Source of the DNA: Nannocystales bacterium
GTDB taxonomy: Bacteria; Myxococcota_A; Polyangia; Nannocystales; Nannocystaceae
DNA: 64,000 nucleotides
Reading direction: 5' to 3'
Assembly (NCBI GenBank): GCA_050633305.1
Contig: JBOEGF010000036.1
Location: 8,521-72,520 of the forward strand
Shown here: piece by piece, positions 56,275 through 64,000 of the stretch
Position numbering within the stretch: position 1 is the stretch's first letter
Layout of the letters: each line of letters opens with the position of its first letter
Notes under the pieces: generated by a model
Told to the model about the DNA's origin: nothing
The model's database searches: none
What the model saw: the letters and a program-made list of their open reading frames with translations, nothing else
Program-made: the position numbers and the translations under genes

Positions 56275-57042
56275 TCGAGCAGCATCTATCCGGTAGCACG
56301 CATGTCGGGGATGACGGTCCGAGGCGTGTGCATGAACTTTCCTGTTGAGGTAGAGCCCGTATCGTTCGACTCCATTTCGGCGTCGGGCCGCGAGATCGAT
56401 TCGCGGTATCTGGTGCCGCTCCGCCTGATGCGGGACGACGTGCTCCTCGTTGACACCATGCAGGTAGTTCCTCGCGAACGCACGGAAGAGCGGCGGGCGG
56501 ACGATGTGGGCCAACATACGAGAGTCGGCGCGACCAACAGACGATGAACTATCCAGCCGCGGCCGGCTCCGGCATCGCTCGTCGAGCAGGCCGACCGATT
56601 CCCGGGAACGTGGAGTGGCCCCGGCGCTACCTCCTCGCGGCCGAGCGCTGGCTCGTGCTCACACTCGGGGTCGAGGCCGCCGCGTTCGCGCGCTGCGAGT
56701 CATTCTCCATTCTCCGAGACCCATCGGAAGAAACACGCGACGTTCTACGCCGACCCCGTTCCCGGCTTCCGTGATCTCGACCTCGAAATAGTTGGTCGGT
56801 GATCGGGGGCAGCCTCTGGGAGCGGTTCCCGGACGACCGGGAAGAGTCGCCGTCGCCTTTGGTCGTTTCGTCAGTGCTATCCCAGGGCTGGCGGGAGGTA
56901 CGAACTCGAGAACCCTGACGAGGTGCTTGGGGTTGTTGGTCGGTCGGTCTCGCTAGCCTGCCGCGCGCGCACGCCGGCGACCACCGAGTGGGTTCGAGCC
57001 AGCTAGAAACGTCCGGCGGAACTCGAGCCAGCCGCGTTCCAG

Positions 57043-58350
57043 CTAGTCAGTCGGCGCTGGCTGGAGTGTCCTGCCATCAAGATCCAGGTACAGCTGCGCC
57101 GCGTCGTAGGGGCAACGTCGGGTGCCTCGGATCGTCCAAGGTTCGCGCATGCAGGTCTCGGCTCGTTGAGGCGCATCGCAGCAGGAGTACAGCGGGCACA
57201 TCCAGCGAGCGGCTTCCTCCGATCGAAGCGACTGAACCAGGTGCGCCATCGAGCGAATGAGAAAAACCGCCTGCTCGCCCGGGGTCTCACGCCCTCCGGC
57301 AAAGACCTGCCCCTGGGCGTCCTCCATCGACGGCAAGGGAACCTCCTCGAAGAGCGGCCTGACGTCCAAGGATTGCTCCGGCGATTCGGGATCTGGCAAC
57401 CGGTCCAGCGGGAACCGGCGCTCGCCGTTTCGGTTGCGCGCCAGGCTCAGGAGGGCGATCTCCTGGTACCATCTTAGGGCGACCAGGAGTGGGTCCTCGT
57501 CGCCTGCAGCGGCGTGGTGCTCGACGAACTCTTTCAGTGTCGCAGTGATCTGCGCCACCGTCCGATCGTAGGTCGCTGCTAGCGTGTGTCTCCGGCACCA
57601 GTCATAGACCTCCTCTCCCGACGGGTCTGTGCTGTTTTGGCCCATGTCGGAGAAACCATCCAGCAAGTTGAAGAGGTGCGGCCCTGGGGTCGGGTGTTGG
57701 AGGGCCCAATGGCACATTGCGATACGTTGCCGTGGGGTGTGGAGCCCGACCGTCGCCAAGATCCGATCAATCGCGACGTACTCGAACGACGTCGATTCCA
57801 GGACGGGCTCGTCGTCGGCGAACAGCACCTGCAGCGCAACGGAGTACGCCTCCTTGATCTCCCAGGGGCCTACGCTGTGATGCATGATCTCGCCAGAGAT
57901 ATTGTCGACGAACTTTGCCTTGGCCACCATCACTGGCTGCGACTCGGCGTCGATCGTCGCAGCTTCAAGGCAGTAGCCCTCGTAGGCCCACGGCGTCCCA
58001 CTGCCCCAGGTCTCCCGGGGTTCCACCGCACGCCGAAGTCGAGGCTGAGCGAAGTACCATGGGTCATCTATGGCGGATGGATCGTCTGTCAGTGGGAGCG
58101 TCACCGCCTCCCCCATGTGCCGAACTGCGCGCTTCGTCGCGTGGACCGAGTCGAGGAAATGAATGAAGTCGATCGCCCCGTACACCGAGCACAAGTCCTG
58201 CAAGAGGTGACCGTACTCGTGCATGAACGTCCACAGACCGTGGGGAAGAGGCTGTCCCGTATCTGGGTCCAGCACATCCTCGCGAAACCATATGTAGAAC
58301 GCGCTCGGCCGGTAGTAGGAGCGCCCTGAGCTATCGTGGCGGATTGGCAT
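57043..58350 (-). CDS. Hypothetical HExxH protein (putative Zn metallopeptidase) with a Cys-rich C-terminus
   Basis: Has GLWTFMHEYGHLLQD near the N-terminus. The C-terminus has CPLYSCCD...C...C. The ATG is at 58350. Confidence 0.55.
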   Translation of the reverse strand: MPIRHDSSGRSYYRPSAFYIWFREDVLDPDTGQPLPHGLWTFMHEYGHLLQDLCSVYGAIDFIHFLDSVHATKRAVRHMGEAVTLPLTDDPSAIDDPWYFAQPRLRRAVEPRETWGSGTPWAYEGYCLEAATIDAESQPVMVAKAKFVDNISGEIMHHSVGPWEIKEAYSVALQVLFADDEPVLESTSFEYVAIDRILATVGLHTPRQRIAMCHWALQHPTPGPHLFNLLDGFSDMGQNSTDPSGEEVYDWCRRHTLAATYDRTVAQITATLKEFVEHHAAAGDEDPLLVALRWYQEIALLSLARNRNGERRFPLDRLPDPESPEQSLDVRPLFEEVPLPSMEDAQGQVFAGGRETPGEQAVFLIRSMAHLVQSLRSEEAARWMCPLYSCCDAPQRAETCMREPWTIRGTRRCPYDAAQLYLDLDGRTLQPAPTD

Positions 58351-58591
58351 CGTTCGACCTGTGACTGTGTTCGCGCACCCGCTGCACGCGGCGCGAGTCT
58401 CCAAGATACGCGAGGCGGGCCCCTTCATTCGCTATGTGGACCAGAATGGGCCGTTGGCCTGATATTGATCGGTCAGGCCCGCTCTCCAGCACATGGCGGC
58501 CTTCAGCAGCGTCAGCCTGGTTTGTTGGCAATGAGCGACGTTGGAGGCGCTCTGGCCCGGTTCAGCGTATCCTTCGCTCCTGCACTCGCTG

Positions 58592-59416
58592 ATGGACACG
58601 ACAAATCTCCATTCCGAGCTCGAAGTGGTTCTTCGCGCTGGCACCCACCAGCTCGTCTTCATTGACGACGGTGGAGCCGGGCACCACACTATGGACCCCG
58701 ATATCCTTGTTCAGGACCATCTTAGTTTCACCGCGGTCATTGTCCCAGCGTGCTCCTTTATCCCGTTGAACGACGCCTTCGTTTCGTGGCTGTCCGAGGT
58801 GCAGAAGGACGCCCCGTCCGTCACCGAGCTTCATGCCACAGCACTCATCAACCCGAAGCGCGGCCAGCCTTGGCGGGACGTCAAGGATGTGGACGTGCGA
58901 GCCGGGCATCTCCGGCGCGCCGCCGACGTTTTCCTCCCCCATGTGGAGACCGTCATTCACGCCCACATCGGCAAGGAGCAGTACGAATCTCTCCTTGCCT
59001 CGCATGCCGAGCAGGTGGATGGCCTCTACGACCATGTCAAGAAGGACCTCACGAAACACAAACATGGCCTCGAACTCGTGACGCTGCAGGCGGTCGCAAA
59101 GCACGTGCAGAAGCGCGGGGTTCCTTCCGTAGTATTCGAGGATGAGGGGCGCTACAGGGTGAAGAACAAGGACGAATGCACGGTGAAGTTCATGTTCGAT
59201 CCCGTCGTTCCGATGTGGAGAGGTGCTGTTGTCTACCAGCCTTCGCACGCGTGGCCAGGGCTGCAGGTCGCAGACATGCTGGCAGTTGCATTCGCGCGCG
59301 AGTACGTCACCGCTCAACGGGTGCGGATTGGCAAGCACCCTCTCCCTTTCGATCGTGTTTGCAAGCGAATCCGCGAGCAGGTCGCCGAGAAGAAAGTCTT
59401 CGCCTTCGACGCCTGA
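58592..59416 (+). CDS. DUF3800-like protein
   Basis: The N-terminal LVFIDDGG and C-terminal GLQVADMLAVAF match the two signature ends of DUF3800. ATG 58592 lies in an AT-richer patch. Confidence 0.55.
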   Translation: MDTTNLHSELEVVLRAGTHQLVFIDDGGAGHHTMDPDILVQDHLSFTAVIVPACSFIPLNDAFVSWLSEVQKDAPSVTELHATALINPKRGQPWRDVKDVDVRAGHLRRAADVFLPHVETVIHAHIGKEQYESLLASHAEQVDGLYDHVKKDLTKHKHGLELVTLQAVAKHVQKRGVPSVVFEDEGRYRVKNKDECTVKFMFDPVVPMWRGAVVYQPSHAWPGLQVADMLAVAFAREYVTAQRVRIGKHPLPFDRVCKRIREQVAEKKVFAFDA

Positions 59417-59687
59417 TGTGTGGACACGCGGCCTGCCACTTTCCGTTCTGGGCGCAGAGCGCCCGGATGCCGGTCCGAGATTGGGGCGGTCGCGGAGAAG
59501 GCCCGGGCGGTGCGAGCGCGTGCCCGTGTTGCCGGCCGAGTTCGTCTTGGCAATCTGCGGCTTGTCGATCTTGACGGTCCTGCGTGGGGATGGATATCTT
59601 GGCACCGTAACGCCCGTTGTACGTTTGCCTTGGCGGCATGTGCTCTTAGGCGGCCGCTCCATGAGCATCGGGAGTTTGTGAGGGCAG

Positions 59688-60455
59688 ATGGGCCACATCC
59701 GGCTTGGGAAACTTCCACGCACGAGACGCTGGGCAGAGGTCGTCGACCTCTTGGGCCTCGGTGCGGGCTCCGCTGCGGTCGCCGCCGCCACCCTCGACGC
59801 GGCCGAAGCGGACCTACGCGGCGCCCCTGAAGACCCCGCTGTCCTTCACGCTTTCTGGCTGCTGACGCAGCTCCCTGACGCGGCGCGTAGCAGCGACTTT
59901 GCCGGCGCACTTCGTGACATCGGGGTCCAGGTCGAGAGCGCGCCCACGGTCGCCGAGCTCGGCGCCGCGCTTACCCGGGCCATCGACCGGCACGCGCTCC
60001 AACAGCGCAACATGTCCGACCTCGGCGAGATGGCACAGCTTGCTGTCGTCCAGAGCCTGACGGGTCTGCTGCAAGCCCGCGTGCCGACGCTCTTCGGGAC
60101 TACGCCCGACGACGTGCGCTCGGAGGTCGCCAAGCTCGCGACCGGAAAACAGTTTGGGATGCTCGCCAAGGAGTTCTTCGCCGGCTTCTCGCAGCGGTTC
60201 CTCACCTACTACACCAGCCGCGAGCTGCCCTCCCACGTCGGACGGGGCCGAGCGTTCCCGGAGCTGACGGACCACGAAGCGTTCAACCAGGCGCTCGACA
60301 TCCATTGTCAGCAGGCGTCGCGGATCGTCGAGACCTTCGCGGGCACCTGGTACTCGAAGAGCCGATACGAGAAGACGCTAACTCCCGAGCGCATGGCGGG
60401 GTTTGTCGGGTACGCGCTGGGCAAGATGCGGCGCGAGCTGAGGCGGGGGGGCTGA
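59688..60455 (+). CDS. Hypothetical 255-aa protein, partner of the QueC-like enzyme (QatB-like position and size)
   Basis: The ATG is preceded by GAGGG. The N-terminus is MGHIRLGKLPRTRRW. Its stop TGA overlaps the ATG of the next gene (TGATG at 60453-60457). Confidence 0.65.
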   Translation: MGHIRLGKLPRTRRWAEVVDLLGLGAGSAAVAAATLDAAEADLRGAPEDPAVLHAFWLLTQLPDAARSSDFAGALRDIGVQVESAPTVAELGAALTRAIDRHALQQRNMSDLGEMAQLAVVQSLTGLLQARVPTLFGTTPDDVRSEVAKLATGKQFGMLAKEFFAGFSQRFLTYYTSRELPSHVGRGRAFPELTDHEAFNQALDIHCQQASRIVETFAGTWYSKSRYEKTLTPERMAGFVGYALGKMRRELRRGG

Positions 60456-62548
60456 TGTCGTCGTCCCTGCCTCGGAGTGTGCGTCACGTCGCCTGTGGGA
60501 GCGCCGCTCGCAGCGCCCCCGAGGATGCGCTGCGCCTGAAGCTCCACGGGACGTCGCCGAGCTTCAGCGTCGACGTCGCGGGCCTCGACCAACAGCTGAC
60601 GACTCGTGTCGCCCCGCGCTTCAGGGATCTCATCCGCCTCGCGTCCTACGTCCTCGTCGCAGACCAGGCGGTCACCCGTGGGGAAGAGGACTCCCTCGAC
60701 CTGGGGAAGCGCTGGCGCCGCGAGTTCAAGTTCGTCGTCGGCGTCGAGGACCTCAACGTTTGGGACTGCGACGAGATGCGCGACGTTCTCGAGTCGACGC
60801 TGCATACCCTCACCGACGACTTCTACACGTTCGAGTTCGTGCCGCAGCTCGACTCCGAGCCTGAGCAGCTCAACTTCGGCGCCGTGGGCGACGACCCCTT
60901 CCTCCCCCTCGAAGGCTTCGCGTCGGTGCAGCTGTTCTCCGGTGGGATGGACTCGTTCACGGGGGCGGCCGAGGAGATCCTGGGCAGCGATCGAGACGTC
61001 ATCCTCGTGAGTCACCGGTCGGCGACCAAGACTTGGAAGCTTCAGCGGGACCTGATCGACGACCTCCGCCAGCGAGCTCCGTCGCGCCGCATCCTCCACG
61101 TCGCTGTGAGCATGGTGAAGCATGCGAAGGAGCTTCGCCGCGAGCGAACCCAGCGGTCGAGGTCGTTCCTGTACGCCGCCCTGGCGGGGACGGTGGCCAA
61201 CCTGGTGGGCCTCGACTTCATCCGATTCTACGAGAACGGGATCGTCGGCATGAACCTCCCTGTGCTACCGCAAGTCATCGGCACGCGGGCGACGAGGACA
61301 ACCCATCCGGAGGTGCTGCGGGGCTTCTCAAAGATCCTCTCGCTCCTTGGCTCCCAGAGTATGCGGGTCGAGAACCCGTTCGAGTTCTTGAGCCGCGCCG
61401 AGGTGGCCGGGCGGTTGAACGGCGCCGGTGCCATCGACGTGCTGAGCAAGACCGTCAGCTGCGCGCACGTGCACAAGAGCAGCAAGATGCATCCGCACTG
61501 CGGCGTCTGCTCCCAGTGCGTGGACCGGCGCATCTCAATGCTGGCGGCCGGATTCGCCGAGCATGACCCTGCCGAAGGCTACGCTGTGGACATCCTCCGC
61601 GGTCAGCATCCCACGGGCGAGGGCGACGTCCTGACCGAGCGCGACCGCACGATGATTGTCGGATACGTCCACGCCGCTGACCGCTTCCGAGACCTCGCTT
61701 CGCCACTCGAGCTTCAGCACCGGTATCCCGAGGTCACCCGAGCGCTACTCGGCCTGACCGAGCGCTATGTCATCGACGCCGATGAGGCGCTCCGGCGTGT
61801 CTACGAGGTGCACAAGCGCCACGGTGATGGCGTCGGTAGGGCCGTCGAAACGCTCTTCGACTCGGACACGGTCAGGGCGCTGCGGAAGCCGAACGGCATC
61901 CCTGCTGACAGCCTCCCCGCGCTCTTGGGTGCGCGCGGCCTTGGCATGTCCGGATCCCATCAGCAGAAAGAGGAGGTGGCTCTAGAGATCGTGCCGGCAG
62001 ATGCCGAGCATGTCTTCCGCCGGCAGGGGCAGAACTGGACGCTCAAGTACCGGGGCGGCAAGCCGCTGATCATGAAGCACACGAAGGGGCTGAACTACAT
62101 CAGCTTCCTGTTCCGGCACCCGAGTGAGGAGCTGACTGCGTTCGCGCTGATCGACCTAGACGAGGGGCGTGAGGTCGGCCGGCACTCGCTGTCTACGTCG
62201 TTCTCGATCGACGCGAAGACGCTCAGCTCGGTGAAAGGCAAGATGCGGGAGCTCAAGTCCGCCCTCGCCGACGCGATCGAGTACTGCGACGACGCCGGAG
62301 CCGCTCGCATCCGGGCTGAGATCGAGACGCTTGAGGACTACGTGAGTCGGGAGACCGGGCTCGGGGGAAAGGTCCGGCGGGAGTCGCCGGACCGGAAGAG
62401 GGCGAGATCGTCGGTGTCCAATGCCATTACGCGCGCTATCGGCACGGTGCGCAAAGAGCACCCAGCCTTCGCCGACTACCTAAAGCGGCAGATCCAGACC
62501 GGGTTCTTTCTCCAGTATCGCGACGTCAGCACCCACTGGCTGTTGTAA
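60455..62548 (+). CDS. QueC-like PP-loop ATPase (QatC/Cap9-like) with a ~160-aa N-terminal and a ~270-aa C-terminal extension
   Basis: The PP-loop is LFSGGMDSFTGA (SGGMDS at 60938-60955). Has RTQRSRSFLY and the Zn-type cluster CAHV...HCGVCSQCVDRR. The C-terminal segment is FRRQGQNWTLKYRGGKPLIMKHTKGLNYISFLFRHP. Confidence 0.8.
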   Translation: MSSSLPRSVRHVACGSAARSAPEDALRLKLHGTSPSFSVDVAGLDQQLTTRVAPRFRDLIRLASYVLVADQAVTRGEEDSLDLGKRWRREFKFVVGVEDLNVWDCDEMRDVLESTLHTLTDDFYTFEFVPQLDSEPEQLNFGAVGDDPFLPLEGFASVQLFSGGMDSFTGAAEEILGSDRDVILVSHRSATKTWKLQRDLIDDLRQRAPSRRILHVAVSMVKHAKELRRERTQRSRSFLYAALAGTVANLVGLDFIRFYENGIVGMNLPVLPQVIGTRATRTTHPEVLRGFSKILSLLGSQSMRVENPFEFLSRAEVAGRLNGAGAIDVLSKTVSCAHVHKSSKMHPHCGVCSQCVDRRISMLAAGFAEHDPAEGYAVDILRGQHPTGEGDVLTERDRTMIVGYVHAADRFRDLASPLELQHRYPEVTRALLGLTERYVIDADEALRRVYEVHKRHGDGVGRAVETLFDSDTVRALRKPNGIPADSLPALLGARGLGMSGSHQQKEEVALEIVPADAEHVFRRQGQNWTLKYRGGKPLIMKHTKGLNYISFLFRHPSEELTAFALIDLDEGREVGRHSLSTSFSIDAKTLSSVKGKMRELKSALADAIEYCDDAGAARIRAEIETLEDYVSRETGLGGKVRRESPDRKRARSSVSNAITRAIGTVRKEHPAFADYLKRQIQTGFFLQYRDVSTHWLL

Positions 62549-62653
62549 GAGCTGGCTCTCGACGACGGCCGGCAGAGCGAGGTGAATTCCGAGCGCTGTT
62601 TTTCGCACTCGGAGGGATCCGTTTGCATGCAGGCTGTGTACGGGCCGAAAAAA

Positions 62654-63394
62654 CTATGCCGCTACGCCTGACGTAGCGCCTGCAACGCGGCCCGTAGCGC
62701 CTCCGGGTTGAGCCATGTCGGCTCGCAAATACCTGACCCGGAGGTTCACATGAAGCCCCAAGAAAAAACTGAGCGGAGCTGCCGAAGGTGTGGCGGACTC
62801 GTCGGCACCCGATGCGCTGTCCACGCCCACGATAAGCACACGCGCGCCAAATCCGTGGCCCGCGATCGCGTGATGACCGTCTGCCCGTGCCGCGCCGAAC
62901 TCGATCAGAAGACGAGTGGGGAGCGGGGCCTGGAGCTGTGCGCGGCCACGACGGTCAGCGACGCTCGGAGTGCAGCTCATAGGCCTCGGGTCCAGCGGCC
63001 GCCATCGCAACGGCTTGCGCACGCCGTCCGTCTTGTTCTGGGCCGTCGCACCTTTGACCGTGTCCTCGGCCCCACGATGGCGGATGTGTATCTTGAGTGG
63101 GTCGAGGCCCATTCTTCCGGAGATCTGGTCGAAGCGAAGCGCGTGAGAATTCGGTCGGCTTTCTGCTTGTCTTGGGCCGCGGTGGCGTATCTGTTGGGAC
63201 GCGTCGCGGTGGTCATGGACGACTTTCGGAAGAACTTCGGTCCGAAGCGTTGAGGTCGATTGAACGGGGAAGCCGCTCTCGCTGGAGCTCTGCTTCGTAC
63301 TGTTTTGGGGACAGCGACGATGGTTCCTCGGTCCCCCGCGTCCGCGTCCGCGTTCAGATTTTTTTGCGATATTCGTTTGCCACGACCTCAACAA
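62654..63394 (-). pseudogene. Degenerate tyrosine-recombinase-like ORF
   Basis: AESRPNSHALRFDQI resembles box I (TGxRxxE..LRW.DI), KTDGVRKPL resembles the K-beta hairpin, and FFLGLHVNLRVRYL resembles LLGH...T..RY. The HxxR box is not conserved, and hydrophobic core positions are replaced by charged residues. Confidence 0.35.
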
Positions 63395-63623
63395 TCATCC
63401 CGCCGGGCGCATCCACTCCGATTGAGAGAAGAAGGGTCGTCAGGAGGCCGTCAACCCTTCTTTGAGCATCGTTCGAAAGCGACGCATACTTCGCGAAATC
63501 CCCTCCGGGGATCAGCTCCTCGATGTCAGTCGCGAGAGCCCCTTTCCTCAGCTGTTCAGGCTCCGAAAGGCTGCGATATGCGTCAGCGATCTTCTTGCGG
63601 CGTCCCATACCCGATCTAAACAC
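63354..63623 (-). CDS. Small hypothetical protein (lower-GC ORF upstream of the recombinase-like ORF)
   Basis: The sequence is protein-like (RRKKIADAYRSLSEPEQLRKGALATDIEELIPGGDFAKYASL...). It overlaps the recombinase-like ORF start by about 40 nt. Confidence 0.4.
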   Translation of the reverse strand: MFRSGMGRRKKIADAYRSLSEPEQLRKGALATDIEELIPGGDFAKYASLSNDAQRRVDGLLTTLLLSIGVDAPGGMIVEVVANEYRKKI

Positions 63624-63782
63624 ACTGTTTCACCTCTTCCAACGGCAGGCCATGGCTCATGGCCAAGGGGCTGGCTGGACGGGGGTGGACGGAGGTTGGG
63701 GTCCTCGGCTTTTTGGGTTTGGGGACCTGGCGCTTTGGTGCTCAGGTGTTCGGCCGGTGCTATGGTTCCGACGCTCGTGTCA

Positions 63783-64000
63783 ATGGCACCACACGGCGCG
63801 CACTTCAGGAGCGTGTTTGAGCAGCCCGAGTGTGCCACGGTAGAGCTGCGGCCCGCGCCCTCGACCGAGCACTTCTCCGGAAGCGACTCGTCAACGCGGA
63901 AGGCTGAGCCCGGGAGCCTCGGCCGCCCCGAGGCCTGCACCAACGACCTGTTCAAGGAGAAGTGCGACGCTGCGTGCGAGCACGTGTTCGAGAGCTACTG
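63783..64000 (+). CDS. 5' part of a hypothetical ORF running off the window end
   Basis: ATG at 63783 (MAPHGAHFRSVFEQPECATVEL...KEKCDAACEHVFESY) with no stop before nt 64000. It is not in the ORF track because it is incomplete. Confidence 0.3.
   Translation, partial: MAPHGAHFRSVFEQPECATVELRPAPSTEHFSGSDSSTRKAEPGSLGRPEACTNDLFKEKCDAACEHVFESY

Overview
This is a high-GC (roughly 68-70 %) bacterial chromosome segment. It looks myxobacterial: it has Myxococcus-type Cys-rich repeats and many lipobox proteins (LxGC) with acidic Ser/Thr/Gly-rich linkers. I support about 55 coding regions. I found no rRNA, no complete tRNA and no CRISPR array. A housekeeping and secreted-protein block (about 16.7-51.2 kb) holds lipoproteins, hydrolases, SAM methyltransferases, GST, VOC, PilZ, acyl-CoA dehydrogenase, TatT, a MAPEG/TetR unit, GNAT, a FecR-like protein, a GH79-like protein and a symporter-fused CheA-like kinase. 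Two accessory regions flank it. (1) 1.0-16.3 kb is a defence island. It has a divergent HEPN-like gene, then a tight five-gene operon: an XRE-ImmA/IrrE fusion, a PIN protein and a DISARM-type core (drmA, drmB, drmC) with no methyltransferase nearby. Next comes a RecB-like nuclease/SF1 helicase gene whose homology begins at the drmC stop codon, so it is N-terminally truncated. A decayed stretch follows, with two ~113-bp direct repeats (gene 3' ends), a DUF3990/ART-like gene and a frameshifted GNAT. (2) 51.3-63.7 kb is an island marked by mobile-element scars: an IS3 OrfA remnant, then an integrase C-terminal fragment, a hairpin terminator and a tRNA 3' fragment. Its cargo is an MBL-fold hydrolase, an HExxH protein, a DUF3800-like protein and a translationally coupled pair. 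That pair is a 255-aa Met-Gly-initiated protein plus a 697-aa QueC-like PP-loop enzyme with extra N- and C-terminal domains (QatB/QatC-like, but with no QatA or QatD). The island ends in a degenerate tyrosine-recombinase-like ORF. All family assignments come from motif reading by eye and need HMM or BLAST confirmation.
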